Below are positions 1 through 14,344 of a stretch of 64,000 nucleotides of DNA, one piece after another. The notes under the pieces were generated by a model that saw only the letters and a program-made list of their open reading frames with translations, was not told the origin of the DNA and did not search any database. Source of the DNA: Epiperipatus broadwayi (Eukaryota > Animalia > Onychophora); assembly GCA_028023455.1 (NCBI GenBank), contig JAQFVV010000011.1, forward strand, positions 124,001 through 188,000. Direction: 5' to 3'. The translations under genes were made by a program, and so were the position numbers. Position 1 is the stretch's first letter; the number at the start of each line of letters is the position of its first letter.

Positions 1-169
1 ATTAACTTCAGAATCTATACAGTTATTCCTACTTGCCATTATCTATTTTAAATTCTCAATTAAACTCCAAACTTTAAGCTTTCTGATGCAATTTAAGAAC
101 ATTTATAATTCTTTTTTTTAACGATGCTATTAAATCGCTAGTTTTATTTTTATTGCTTGAGAAAAATTC

Positions 170-420
170 TTTACAAATTTTCTTAAATTTTGTAAATTTT
201 TTAGCTTTACATTTAGACAACATTTTATTATACAAAATATTGTACAACATTAAAATTTGGAAAGGATAAGAAAAAATGAATCCCCAAATGTGATTTTATG
301 TTACATAAATAGCACCATTAATAAATGTGATTGCCTACAGCACTCCTAGAGCTGGTGCCATATCGTAAATTTTTTTTACATTTATGAATTTTAATGTTTT
401 TATTTTTTTGTTTGTTTATA
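170..420. repeat. Old dispersed repeat, similar to 9580-9920
   Basis: Shared blocks such as acattttattat..aaatatt, aaaggataa and gagctgg..catat.gtaaa appear in the same order at both loci. Confidence 0.45.
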
Positions 421-1394
421 TATATTGGATAGCATATAATTAAAATAGTATATATTGATGCAGCATATATCACAGTTTCATTCTATTCTTCTTTCAGATA
501 TGTCACTATGGCCTGTAAAAATATAAAAAAGTACATTAATCATATAATGTTAGACTTATGGGTACTTATATGTTTATGCATATAAATAAATTATAATCCA
601 CAAAAATGTATGCTTATATATTTAATATTGATTTTTGCCTTCATTTATATTTGCAATTCAAATTTGCATATGCTTGTTTATCGGCATAATAAAGTGGTTT
701 CTTTCTTCTTTATAACCTAAAGCTGAGTGCACTTTTGGTGAAGTTCACTGTAATCATAAATTTCTTAAATTAATTATTGTTGCTGATTTACTTTTGCTGT
801 AATGTAATTATGCATGCATTTTTATTTAAATTAATTCATTTAAATATTTGATTTATTAGATAATTGGTCATTGTTTTCTCTTTTGTTATATTTCTATATA
901 GAGTATGATGACAGAAAAAGAAAAGTCAAGAATGTATGGTTTATTGCCAACCATAGAAATAATAAGGTTGAACATCATCTTAACTTATTAAGTAGTTTGT
1001 CATTAAATTATTGCTTTATCCAGAAGTTGAAGATTAAATTAAACATAAAAAAAAGATTGATACCCATCAATTAATTGGATGGCTAGTCAAGTTGGTGATT
1101 TAGCCTTTATGGCAATCTTTTCTGGAGGCAATAGTTTTTCTTTTTGATTTTTATGTTTCAGTGAATTAAAAGAATTAATTTTATGTCTAAATTCATTTCA
1201 TCCTTTTTTATGCTTACACAAGCTGTTAAAACAGTAGCAAACTTTCCACACAATAGTGCTACCTAGTAGAAGCCCCAGTAATCAATAGATGGTAATGGTT
1301 GTTGCATTATAATATTTATCCAATATCCTAAGGCTAATTTTTAGATTATGGCTTTTGTTAGTGAGTTGTCTTGATTTCAGAAGCTGTATAGTTG

Positions 1395-1760
1395 GATTTA
1401 ATGATGTGTTTTAGTGGTTTAATACTAATCCTATACAAAAAATAATGGTAACTATGGTTATTAAAAACCAAAAACATCATAATATGTAGACACTGAACTG
1501 AATCAGATCTGCATGGGAATACAAGAAAATACATTTGGATTGGCAACACTGTGTTTTTAATTTGCACTGATAATTTTATAGTTACCCAAAAAGATAACTG
1601 GTGGGTGCTAGCGGAAAGAGTACATTAGATCCAAATATCCAGGTGTATGGTTCCTGAATCTAAGACTCCTCACTGATGGAAAGTATAAGCTAGAAATTAG
1701 TATGGGAATATTGGATAGAAAGACACTGGATAGGGATTGAATGTACAATCTTTTACAATC
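1395..1760 (+). mobile_element. Family A HHR repeat, old degenerate monomer
   Basis: Colinear with the family A monomer. The HHR relic ctcctca-CTGATGG-aaagtataagcta-GAAA-ttagta-tgggaatattggat lies at 1658-1716. An opposite-orientation fragment lies at about 1225-1300. Confidence 0.75.
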
Positions 1761-4559
1761 TACTGATTACTAGAGCTTGCGCTAGGTGGCAGTATTGGAA
1801 AAAATTGTTGTTTTAATGAGACTAGTGTCAAAAGTCACATTCTGTATTCCTTGTCTTTGTACTATTTGCCTTGAAAGTATATTAAAGACCATAGTGATAT
1901 TATTAAAAAACAGGTAATTGCATTTGAATGAACTGAAGTCAGAATAAAAATATTTGCTGATTGTTAACTCTCTCATATTAGTCACTAAATAGATATTCTT
2001 TTTACACTTTCATTTACATCAGTTGGCAATCATTATTCTATTAAAAATGCTGTCATTTGTTTAGTGACAACTGCTATTAGTGTGATTAATTCAAATTTTT
2101 CTGCAGTGATTAACATTTTTTGTAAATGTAGCAATTCTTAAAGATGCACAAGAGTGTGGAATACAGTGTGATTGAGTTGGAGGTTTGTGAGATTGAGGTC
2201 TATGGACTGCAACTCAACTCTATTACTTCCAGTGCTCAAATTTCATATGACCTCCTGAGCAACAAAACATTTAAGTTCTTTGCTTTGTATAATTTGATAT
2301 AATGATAAAGTTGCAGACTTTGAGTTCAAGATCTATGAATCGCCATTTTAGTCCCAACACTTCTGGTGATTAAATGTCCTATAAACTCTTGAGCAAAAAA
2401 TCATTATTGTTACTTTGATTGTTGTTTTAAAAGTAACATTTGAGTAAGGTTAAATATTATTGAGAATCTGGCATAAAGGTTCTCTTTTTTTTTTTTGGAC
2501 TTTTTTGACTATATAATAGTTTATATCATTCTTACTCTAATATTGAAGAACATTACTCTTGACTATATAGAATTAAACTATAGCATATTAATTGTTTTAT
2601 TTATCTGTCATGCTTACTTAACTATAAATCTGAACTGTGTCTATTTGTCCTTGACCCTCACATTTGTCTTTTACATAAGGAGTAATTCTCTCCACCACCC
2701 ACATTTAGATAATACAGATTTTTCTAAACAAGAGAAAATCTGAATTCTCTGACCAACTTCATTGCCAAATGTACATATTAATTCTGTTCCAGTTTTTCAT
2801 TTTAATTGCATTTTCCATGTGTTACATTGAATTTTCTTCTATTGTTTGTAGAATGATAATAACCACAAGCTGTCTTAAAATATGCAAATTTTACTGCCAT
2901 GGGTTCTAGTTGACCACAGTAAAACATCACAGAATATTGATAGATATCTTTATATATTCCTTATTATGAGAAAACTTTTTTGGAGAAGATTTTTAAAATG
3001 AGTAGAAGTCTTGGGAACAATAGTGTGAGGCTTAGGTTTTTTTCCATATATAAGTCATGCTTGTACAGAAGTTATTAATAGTAATAGTATTGAATATACC
3101 CACTAGAAATTGATTTAGAAATGTTTTCTTGAAGAAATCATTATAAACACATTTTAACTGGATCGTGAAATAAATCATATTCCATAATCTTTCTTCTATT
3201 TGGCTTGGCATCTATTGCAGATGAAAAATAAGACATGAATGAGCAGGGTTTAAGCAATTCTTTCGGTTTTAATTTACCGTATCCTAAGTTTGAGTTCATA
3301 TAGACAATTAACTATTGTTATATTCTTAATCTCTAATAATGTGTAATGATGCTACTTCAGTCTGTTCACATAAAAGGGTATTCTCAAACTGGCATCCACT
3401 GAGATAGTTTATATTGTAACTGACCAAAATGTACAACCTACACAAAAATCATCTAAGGGCAATCTGCACGTGCGTTCCACATTTTGACATCACAGAACAA
3501 CAATGTCTTCTTTTACAGCCTGCTAAAATCACCTAGACACATAAGGCTCTCATCTTATTCTAATTAAATTATTGATTGTGAAATAATGACAAATTGCTAA
3601 AAAAATAATGAGATATTACAATTTATTTATGTATATACTAAAAGTCAACACATACAACAGTATAACTGGCTTGTCAAATGATTCTGAAAAGATATCAACA
3701 TGCTGCATAGATTCGTGATCATAAGTAATTATTATCATAGTTTTAAGATTTAACAACCTTGTAAATTGAGGTTGATAATACTTGAGACAAAGATAAATCA
3801 TTCTAAAAACTAGTTAAATAACTGACTGCTACAATTAAAATAATACAGAAAAGGTAAAGTGCATGAAATAACACCTGTATTACATTAAACTATGATACAC
3901 TAATAAATACATGTACCCAATATATGCAAAAGTAGGAATAAGCTTCTACTGCATAATATTGCTCAGAGTAAATGTAGAATGTGTAAGAGTGTGACCAGCA
4001 GACACATATGAATCATATCAAAACTTGTATGAAAACAAGGCAGATAATATACGGTAAGAATTTTCAATCTACTGCATACTATTGCACTAAATAATGTAAT
4101 GAATGTAAGTGGCCAAGGTGTAACATCCTGAGACAGGACAGCCTAAATTAAAGCAGGTTCTTGAACCTGGAGTGATTGTTTGCTTAAAACTACGAACTAT
4201 TTATATACAATCAATGATAGCCTTAATCTAGCCAGATTGAATTCCATTCAGGATTTGTTTAATTATAGGTTTAAAATGTTGCTTATACTTTGAATTAAAT
4301 GGAAATAATGTGTTTAATTGAAATTAATAAATCATAAGTATGGTCAGAGATTACTATAATAAAATTTAATTGCTTTATATAAAATTATTGCTAATTAAAT
4401 TGTGGCATGATAAAGAAAATAACACAACAATCTCTTGCCATACCTGCTCATAAACAGATTTAACAATTATTGACTAAAACATTTTTATTAGAGAAAAAAA
4501 TAATAATAGTAATGCTAGAGTTTTATAATATTCTTTTAAAGTTCATATCTGTTTCTTAC

Positions 4560-5330
4560 AGCAGTACAAGCTCGAATTCATTCGTTAGATATTGGTATAT
4601 TTCAGCTGACTTTATCTGTTGAACCATAGCTATGGTGGTGGCCTGTTTTGACCATTGTTCAAAATTCATGAGATATCCCCAGTGATACATTATTCCTTGT
4701 TTGATGGCTGATTTCTCCCTGAAATTTATGCATATACAGCATAAATGTACTAGACACAATGTTCAAAATGTTTCTCCATTAGTTGACAACTTTCTTTTCT
4801 GGAATCAGTGATGGAGTATGGTTTGCACTCTGCCAATTGGTCAGAATGAAGCAGATGGTAGCTTCTCTACTCCTGCATGGTGTTGGAACCAAAATACATG
4901 AATTAACACAGTATCTGGATAAGATAAGCTGGATTACTTAAAGCACACAGCAGAATAAAATCGGAATAAGAGTAATCAGAATCAGAATCAACATTAAGCT
5001 TATGATCCCTATTTATATTTTGTTGACCCTATTTATCAGCAAAAATAGAATACATCAGTAGTTGTTTGAATACTTCAATCTATTGGTTGTAGATAATATC
5101 TGACCTCTGTTTTGGTCAGCATTCAGTTTGCCCAATCATACCATTTCCAAATTTCTATCTTTAAAAGAAATTAATAAAATAATCACTAAATTATGTCAGA
5201 TATTTATCTCCTTACTTAATTAATCAGTTTACAAGCATTTTAATTACTTTTTGTAAGAATTTTATTTCCACTTTGTAATTGTTAATAAACAAAATACACA
5301 CTTTGTTTTAACATACTTTTAAAATAAATG
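4560..5330 (-). repeat. Decayed dispersed repeat, homologous to 29930-30700 (possible transposon relic)
   Basis: Shared colinear blocks (tttctccct, ctttt/cttctctactc, ttatcagcaaaa, cagatatttatctcc, tttccacttt). The class could not be assigned. Confidence 0.55.
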
Positions 5331-5475
5331 TATCATTAATTATAAAATTGACCTTTTGAAACAAAGCTACCTCACTAGAATTATTTAATCTCTTATTTCT
5401 ATAACAATAATTTCTTAAGCAGCTACTTTATGAGAATACAAGTTGATAGCTATCAGGTTTAATTATAGGTGTTAA

Positions 5476-5656
5476 GTCTTTACTCTTAACATATTAAAAC
5501 AGGCAAAACTCTCTATATGTATTGCCATTCAGTGCAGGCTAGAATAATCAATGGATGCCAGAAGGCTTTGCATAAAATCCCCATCTAGTGCCTACTCATC
5601 CAATATCCCCAGACTAAAAAAAAAAAAAAGGTGATCATGTGATATTTATTGGCTTA
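5476..5656 (-). mobile_element. Family A fragment broken inside the HHR core, then an A-run and an inverted piece
   Basis: ttaaaacaggcaaaactc...ccaatatccccagacta, then A14, then ggtgatcatgtgatatttattggctt in the opposite orientation. Confidence 0.85.
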
Positions 5657-6829
5657 CTCTTAATATAATGACTACATTCCAAACAATTAGTCTTTACATT
5701 TCTAATTACCAATAGATTTTAAAATTTTAATTTAATAAAATCTAACCCCCCTCCTTCTACCAAATATTTTATAGAAGGATCAAAAGAATTAAATTCATTT
5801 ACCAACTCCCTTCAATTTATCATTCTCAATTACAAACAAACAATCATCCACATATCTAACAAATAAGTTTAAATATAAACAATTCTTTTTAATAATAATT
5901 TCCGCTTCCAAATAATATAAACTGAACAAATTAAAAGAGAAAAAATATAACCTATTATTCATTCTTCCTTGATCTTATAAAAATTACCATTATAAATATT
6001 AAGACTCACAAAGATGGTGTTTTCTTTTAAGATTTATTTTCGACTTTACAGGTAGTGTTCTAGATGGTATTTCTAGGTTCTTGAATAATTTTTTAAAACA
6101 ATTTGTTGATTTTGTTCATTACACAGTTTCTTCTTTTGAGTCTTTTGATAAGATCAATAATTGTAAAATGAAAAGTAATTGTATTTGATAGTTTGGATAT
6201 TGAGAATAGGTATCAAACTGTTAACAGATTAAACAGTATTGATGTTCTTATGTCTATATTTGTTAAAGATGGATCTTTGTCAAAAAATAAAATTAAAGTT
6301 ATTAAAGATTTATTATTTTTATTATCATTAATTATATCGTATACATTTATCTGTACATACAAATTATACATATATAATCAAATTGATTAAAACATTTAAA
6401 AATTCCTTCGAATTTTTCAAATTATAGACATGAAGCGTATATAAATATCGCTTCACTATAAAATTTTGTTATGGTCTCCTCCGATTAGTGCTATTTTAAA
6501 ATAATAATGAAACTGCTCTTTTACTTATTAATTAACCTTCTAAAAAATTTAAAAAAGAAAATACAATTTTTAGTAAAATCGCATAATTTTTATAGATTTT
6601 TTAATACGGTTTTTAATGTAAATCGTATCTTTTGGTGATAGTAATATTTGGAAGTCCAGTATGCACTAGTAAAATTTAGTTTACTGTCCTAATATAATTT
6701 TATTTCTGTCTTAAGTAATTTGTCATACTGTCAATAATATTTAGATCTCGTCCATATTTCTAATTGTATCAGTAAACATTCATTTTATGCTAATATGAAA
6801 GTAAATTTGTACAAATACTATTTAATTAG

Positions 6830-6970
6830 AGGGGATTTGAACACAGCTTTCCAAGCTCCCTTCAGTTATCCACTCCATGCTATATAACTGAAACACATGA
6901 TCATATACATGTGAAAAAGACAAATAATCTCCAATCCATGTATTGCATGCTGAACCAGCACTCATTAATT
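6830..6970 (-). repeat. Family C fragment
   Basis: ggatttgaacacag...gctgaaccagcactca matches 21040-21170 and 26877-27010. Confidence 0.65.
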
Positions 6971-7754
6971 GTATATGTTTGTAGAAGATGGTTAATTGTA
7001 GACAATATAATTCAGCTTTACTGAATACTATATTTAAATTAATAACTATTACTGCCTTATTATCCAGCTAGCACATAAGTTTACCATTAATTAAATCAGG
7101 CCTATGTATAACATGTTCTAGGTTGCTTTGATTTTTTTTTATGTGTCAAATAGGTTGCCTTGATTTGTTTCAGTTTCTTTTAATTGATAATTTTATATCA
7201 TATTGCATTATCTATTTTATTTAAGAGTTTCACAAATCAACATTATTGGAGGATTATTTTTCACAGCTGTTTGTAATCAGCCTTGAAGTACAAAAGCTGC
7301 TTGTTTTGTAAAATCTGAAATATCATTATTTACAAAAACTTGTTGTTTAGTAAAAGATTTTCATTGATAAAAGTATAGATAATATGTGGACTGAAATGGA
7401 ATAAATGGATGTTATTTAACTTACATAGAATTTGCAGATCACATGGTTGGTTTTATAAATAATGCTTCAGAGCCTTAGGAAATTTTCCAAAAATTATCAG
7501 ATGAAAACAAAAGTAGGACTTTAGGACAAATGTTAAAAAAACTATATTCAATGGATTTTTTTTCAAAAGAAGAAAGTAAAGATTGGTAATCATGAATTAA
7601 AAGAACTTAATAATCAGTTTCTTACTACAGATGGAAATCCAATTGATTAAATTAATCATAGAAATTAACGTGAGGGAATGCTTTTGGTAGAAGTATATTA
7701 ATATTAAATGAAAACATGCCTATATGTTTTAAAAGGATTTTAAAATAGATTTTA

Positions 7755-8210
7755 CCTGCTTTTATATATAGATCTGAGACTTGTATATGAAATTTTAAAA
7801 AAGCAATGCAGAGATTTTAGACTACTCACTGAAACATGAACAGAATCATATTTAGAGCAGAGAGAGATTAAAAATGAAGTATGTGAGAGAATAAACAGGT
7901 ATTATTGACATTATAGAAGAAATTGGAAAAAATAAAAGAGACTGAAATAGAGGTGTACTGGATATATTTTTAGAAGAGGTAATAAATTGTGGACAATTGA
8001 ATTCTTAAACTAGATTCCAAGAGATTTAAAAGACTGAAAAACAGACCTCATGTGATATGGTTAAATGAATAAGGAACTATGTGGGAATGTAACGGAAAAG
8101 ATATGTTGTGGATTGGAAAAACTGGATTAAATTTGGAGAGAACATCATTTTGTTGTGGATCAGCAAGAGTTGGAAATGTTTGTTCCAATGGAGCATAATA
8201 TATTGAATAT
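7755..8210 (+). mobile_element. RTE-clade LINE 3' fragment (decayed)
   Basis: Homologous to 16270-16682 (gatctgagacttg; tggacaattgaa..ttaaact.gattccaagagatt; ggattaaa.ttggagag). Confidence 0.8.
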
Positions 8211-9579
8211 ATTTATGCTTACTTTTCTCTGCAGTATGCTCTTAGATAATTTTCTTCATAACAAATTAAAATGAATAACCTTAGTTGAAATCAAAATTCT
8301 GAAAAAAAAAATGTTGATTTAGATCAGGCAGTACAAAATATCATACAAATTGAAGTCCATAGTTAAATTGTTATAACTTTTTGAATTAGCATAAATGCTT
8401 CTTATAGGTATTTCGTACAAAACAACATTTTCAAATGCGTTTAAAGCTTTCTATAATCAAAAATTATTATATTATAAAAAGCATATATCAAGAAGTTATT
8501 ATAAATAAAAGACTAAAAATGGCTTGGATGCATTTCCCAATCTTAATATATTTAATAATATATGTAAACAAAAATTTATGGTCTAAATGCCTTTTTTCTT
8601 TAATCAATATATTTTTTTTACCTGTTTTGATTTAAATCTAGAGATTGGATTTTTTTAAAAAAGGATTGAAATAGGTAATGCAAACAATATTGAAAGAAAT
8701 ATATTTAGAAAACAAAGACAAATTATTTGTACACTAATTCAGCAACAATAGCAGATGAATGCAGCCATTGCAACTCCAAAAAAATAAAATAGAAAAATAA
8801 ATTATTAATAATTCACTAGACATGAGTTTTGCTATGATTATACAAAACAAAGCTTGAAAAAGAAATACATCCACATGCAGAATAGATACAGAAAATGATA
8901 GTCTATTGTCATGTTATTATACAATCCAAAAAAGATTGAAGTTAAGGTGAACATGTAAATCACATCAGAAGAGATAAAGATGAGAAAAATATTAAGAGAT
9001 AAAAAAGAGTGATCAAATTTAAAATGAGATAATGATATTGAAAAGTTAATTAGATCATTGTAAGAAAAAAATTATATATAGTGGAGCCACAATATTAACT
9101 ATATTTTGTTCCAAGACACCCCCCCCCCATCCTTGCATATGTCATGTGTAATAGATTACGTTTTGTTGATAAACTTTGATTAGAATAATATATATATATA
9201 TACACATATTGTTTATTGATACATTATTTTTTGACATGCACACACACACATATATATAACAGTTACTTTTTTATATTTATAATATGCATATATAGATTGA
9301 GATTACAGTATAAACAAAATTTTAAAATAATGTAATTAATAATAAATTGAGAGGATACATTAAAATATATTTTATTGAATTTACATTTACCTATTCATTC
9401 CTTGGAAAACAAAAATAAAAATTATGGTACAGTATTTTTTTATTAAAATAAATAGAAAAATGCCTAACTTTAATCACAAATATGCTTAATAACTTTATTC
9501 TCTTATAAAAATGCAATAATAGTTATATTATCAAGAAACTACAATCTCTAATTGTTTTGAAGATTTTAAGTCTATCAAC

Positions 9580-9920
9580 TTTAAATATATTTTTAAATTT
9601 TGTAAAACTTTTAGCATTATACTTAGAAAACATTTTATTATGTGAAATATTACACATCAAATTCAAAAAGGATAATAAAGCAGGTATATGTTTTTACCCA
9701 TAAACAGAAAGAATTTATTACTAAACATGATTGTATGCAACAACCACTTTGAGCTGGCATATTGTAAAATTTATTTAATTTTATTTTGGTTTTGAACATG
9801 ATTGTATGCAATGCTCAAAGATGGAAAAATGGATGCTCACACATTGTAAAATGTATTAAATTTACAATTTTTAATGTGTTTTATTTTTCTTTGTTTTTTT
9901 ACATTTTTGTTTATTTAAAT
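9580..9920. repeat. Old dispersed repeat, similar to 170-420
   Basis: See 170-420. It also has an internal direct repeat aacatgattgtatgcaa at about 9724 and 9795. Confidence 0.45.
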
Positions 9921-10164
9921 TTTTTTGGACAACATAATTGAAATCATTTATATTGATATGGCATAGTTTATGGTTTCACAGTACATATAAATATAAATAA
10001 TTATATGTTGGACTATTTCCATAATCTACTATTAATTGTAAAATGTCTTTAAAAAAAATTCAAATTTTATTCAAACTTTTGAAATACAGTCAATTGTTAG
10101 TAATCACAAACAAAGTAATATATAATACAATCATGAGATTATTTCCTTCTTCAAATGATGCCAC

Positions 10165-10325
10165 CCCAATCAGAATGGGATTTGAACCTGGACCTTTAGA
10201 TTTTTAAATTTTGAAATTAAGATAACACTCTAACCAACTGAAAAAAAAAAACAATTTGGTTAGAGAATTATCTTAAATTCAATATTCACAAACTTAAAAA
10301 TCCGGGTTCGATTCTCATGCTGGTA
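10165..10325. repeat. Head-to-head pair of tRNA-derived (SINE-like) heads
   Basis: Minus copy CAGTTGGTTAGAGTG...CCAGGTTCAAATCCC and plus copy TTGGTTAGAGAA...CCGGGTTCGATTCTC carry A-box and B-box motifs and are separated by an A-run. Confidence 0.6.
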
Positions 10326-12159
10326 CTGTCATTAATGAGGCTAGTAATACCTGAAGAAGAGAGAATATCACATGAAACATTGTGTTATATAGTAACCTGT
10401 GCGCCATTATTAACAGATAAATGTTTTTGAAAAATTTGAATTTTTCTAAAGCCCTTTAATCATTAATACTAGATGATGAAAATAGACCAGTATATAATTA
10501 CTAATAATTATTTGTAAAGAAAAAAAAAAGTTTTTTAAAGTATGCTAACACCTGCTATATATATACGTGAGTGTGCGTTGTATATATAAACAGTTTTCTG
10601 ACATCAGAAAAAAGGGACGAAAAATAAAAAGTTAGAGAATAAAGAGATGATTGAAGTCAGAATTGCTGTGCGTGTAATTAAAGTGTGGCTGCACACATTC
10701 ATAATTCCAAAGATGACCAATGGCATGAGAGACGCAAATGATAATACGACCGAAGTCAAGTGTGTCTAAATTATTTGAAAATCATTTTAAATCTATTTAT
10801 TTAGATGTCAATGCTTAAATCTCAAAATTATTTTTATTCGATAAGTTCTTTGTGGTTTCAAAATGTATTGCAAAACAGTTGATAAAATATGATAATAAAA
10901 AAGTCCTTGTTTAAGGACTTAAATTATAATTTGAATTTTTAATATTATGAGTATTAATTTACTTATAAATTGTATTGTCAAAGTTCAGTGGACACACCTG
11001 CGCGCACTTTATATTGCTTGTAAACAATAAACCATTTGGCAAGGTGCGCGCTAGAAAATGATTTTTGATTGGAATAATGAAAAATATTTAAATCATTATT
11101 AAAAAATGTGTACATGAAATTTATTATTACTTTGTATATTTATTTTACTTTAAAATAAAAAGCTGTAAGCAAAAATTATTTAAAAAAAATAATAATCGCA
11201 TCTTTTTATTAATTCTTTTTTAAGTAAATATGCATTCATAACTCTCTTTTTTATTACGAAGAACCAACAATCGATAAGAAAATTGAACATCTCATCTCAT
11301 CCCAATTACGTTTTCTTTAACTTTTTTAATCCTTTCAATTACTACTCTGGATTTTTTTTTTTTTTTTTTGCTTCACAGCAGTGTTAAAAGTGAAACAGAT
11401 TATACAAACCCATTAAATAAGAATTTCTACGCTCCAAACAATATAAAATGTCGTGCAAGAACTGTTAGATTTTAATTCTATTATTTTTTCAAACTGCCTT
11501 CAAATAGCGGAACAGATAGCGTTTTTATAAGAGCTAAGGAAATGTATTATATTTCAATGCTTACAAATTGCAATAAATTTTTGCCATATTTGTACCGAAA
11601 AAAAAAAATTAAATGAACAAATTATATTTCTTATCGGCATCATTTAATTCATAACGTATTAACTAATGAATTTATATAAAGAATTTTAATTTAATAGAAC
11701 TTTTCAAATTATTACGATAGCAAATATTAAAAACATAATCTGTATTCACCATGTTGCACATAGAAAAAAAAAAGAAATATATTATATGTGTATAAGAATT
11801 AGTAGATATATTAATAATCCAGTCAGTGAATCAGTTATTGTCTCTAAATGCTGAAGACCATTTGAAGGTAGTTATTTTACTTACGGAACAGTTATCACAT
11901 GATCAGGAATTACATTCTGAACAGTAACTTATATATACTGTAATTGTTAATTTACTGAAGCAATTAGACACATTTGACCTCAAAGCGACCAGGGCTAGAA
12001 GTGATAGATTTTTCCTTTTTTTTTTATCATTTACATTACTAAACAATATAATAATATTAATAATCTTTCCAACCTTAAAGGGTAGCAAACTAAATTAACT
12101 ATTATGTGAGATTATTAATATAAATATCTTTAATAAATGTTTGGAACTTTTATATTGAA

Positions 12160-12220
12160 CCACTAAACATCACACGATCACCATTTCTTATGCTTGTATG
12201 GACAGTTTTGTCTGTTTTAA
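12160..12220. mobile_element. Family A short fragment with internal orientation flip
   Basis: aaacatcacacgatcaccatttcttatgcttg is followed by opposite-strand tatggacagttttgtctgttttaac. Confidence 0.65.
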
Positions 12221-12579
12221 CTTTTATATTGGTTTCTCTCAATTGTTTGTATTAGTCAAAAAACATTATCATCCAATATTAAAAAATTTTGTACAAAAGA
12301 ATTGATATAGTCTGGAAGGAATCTATCCTCATGGGCTAATATTAGTAATCCTTATTTAAAATAATAGAACTTTATGTCAAAGATAGCTTCTTTTTTTTCA
12401 AAAAAGTGGGTTAATTTAAAAAATAAATAGGATACATTGTTTTCTTAAAAGACTTTATCCTGGTAATCCCAAAAAACTACCTAATATATTCAGATTGTTT
12501 TTTTCTTAATAATCCAAACCAAGTTAAAATCCTTAAGCTTAATGCCATTTGTAATTATGTATAGTAATGCAAGATTTTG

Positions 12580-13520
12580 CTCGTACGACCAGCTATGAGC
12601 TACATTTTAATCATTCAATATTTCCACTTAGAATATTTCAACTCTAAAATTGTAATCATAGATTAGAGATATGATATCAATCTCTGAATTTAGAGAGAAA
12701 AAAACTAAGGCTTTTATCACAGAACTCAGAAAGTTAACTTTTAACTGTGATTCAAGACTTTCTTATGAGATGTACTGAGAGGCAAATTTATTTATAATGG
12801 ACTAAGAATTAAACTGTTAATAAAGCATTGAATGACTTTTGATTGTGCAATCTGTCTGGTATCCTTAGAAGAAGTCACATTTAATCAGGTGGCTACATTA
12901 AAGAAATTGCTTCACTAATTGATGAATAAAAAAAATGTAGATGAGAAAAACCCTATCTGGTCAAAACAAAAGGATGATCTACTAACTAAAAGTAATTTTT
13001 AAATCTGCTCAAATAAAGTAGTAGAACATCCCTGAAAAGTTTTCTATGGATGCAGCAAGTAGCCACACACATCCAAAAAACATCAACATAGATGTTCAAT
13101 TTGCAAATATACCATTGTTTTCTGCACATCTGAAGCTTATTTGCTTATGAGACAAAGTTAAAGAAACAAAAAAAAATAATAGTCTATTCTCAAAATCCTA
13201 TAGATCTTGAAAGATAAATATAAACAATAGTAAAAATTGCTAGTCAAGAATCAGCTATCAAAATATGAATCATTCATTATTAATGGTATTCCAATAGTAA
13301 TTGAAGTGGATTCTGAGATATGCTAAAAACTCTTTGGGCTTTCATTAATAAAAAAACAAAGTAATTGCTTACTGCAATCAGCAGAAAAGTAATAACAGGT
13401 TACAAAGTAATAAAATATGGAAATGGCAAAACATTAGATTGCTTCTTTGTATCTGCAAGAAAGTACAGTAACTTATTAAAACATGAATAGTTCAACTATT
13501 TTGGGCCATGACACTGTTCA
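12580..13520 (+). mobile_element. Decayed Gypsy-like LTR retrotransposon gag-protease relic
   Basis: Translated patches EYFNSKIVIID*RY, AFITELRKLTFNCD (12713 onward), FIINGIPIVIEVDSE (about 13273, degenerate DTG/DSG site) and TILGHD (about 13495, LLGRD-like). Stops and frameshifts are present. Confidence 0.65.
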
Positions 13521-14344
13521 ATGTAAGCCACACCAACAATATAATAAATTTAAAAAAAGAATTATCCAATTTCATATATTGGTAAGATGATACATGCAAA
13601 CTTCCTCCTATTTGGAAAGATTTTTTTAAAAAAACATTCTTAATTTAACATTTTTGCTATTGGTGGAACTTTAACGGTTTTTTTTCAAATCAGTGATTGT
13701 AGCGCCTCTACAACAGTCTTTCTATTTTTTATCACCCAGTTGATGACTTGTGTGATCAAGTTGAAACATCGGTATATCAATATTTAAATTTTTTAACACA
13801 GATGAACCCGCAAAATATGTCTTTTATATATATAATAGATAAAAGATTACTATTATTTAATATTTAATAAAATACAAATGGATAAATTAGTAATAAAATT
13901 GCATACTTATAGGGTATAAAAAATATGAATGTTTGAAGTGGTATTTGTAGGTGTAATGATAAAATTTTAATATTCTTATTATTTTAATTTATTTGTTTAA
14001 TTTGCTGAACATATATAATTTCAATATGCATATATATTAAAAATCTATAGTTGACCTAAATAGAAAGAGAGTCAAAATATTGAAAATTCAATAATAAAAA
14101 CTGTAAAACGATCAAATGCTAATGTTAGATAACACAATAATTATATTTAAACAGTTGCAAGGAGTTAAATTCAAAACATTACATATAGAAATAATACTGC
14201 ATTACATTTACATCATTGAAATGAAAGCAAATTGATAGTTTGTAGCTATTGTGAGAGAAGTTGATGTCTAACAAATTATTGATGAATATAAATATAATAT
14301 TGAGTAAGATGTAAAACCAAAATCTAATACAATAACTAAAACCT

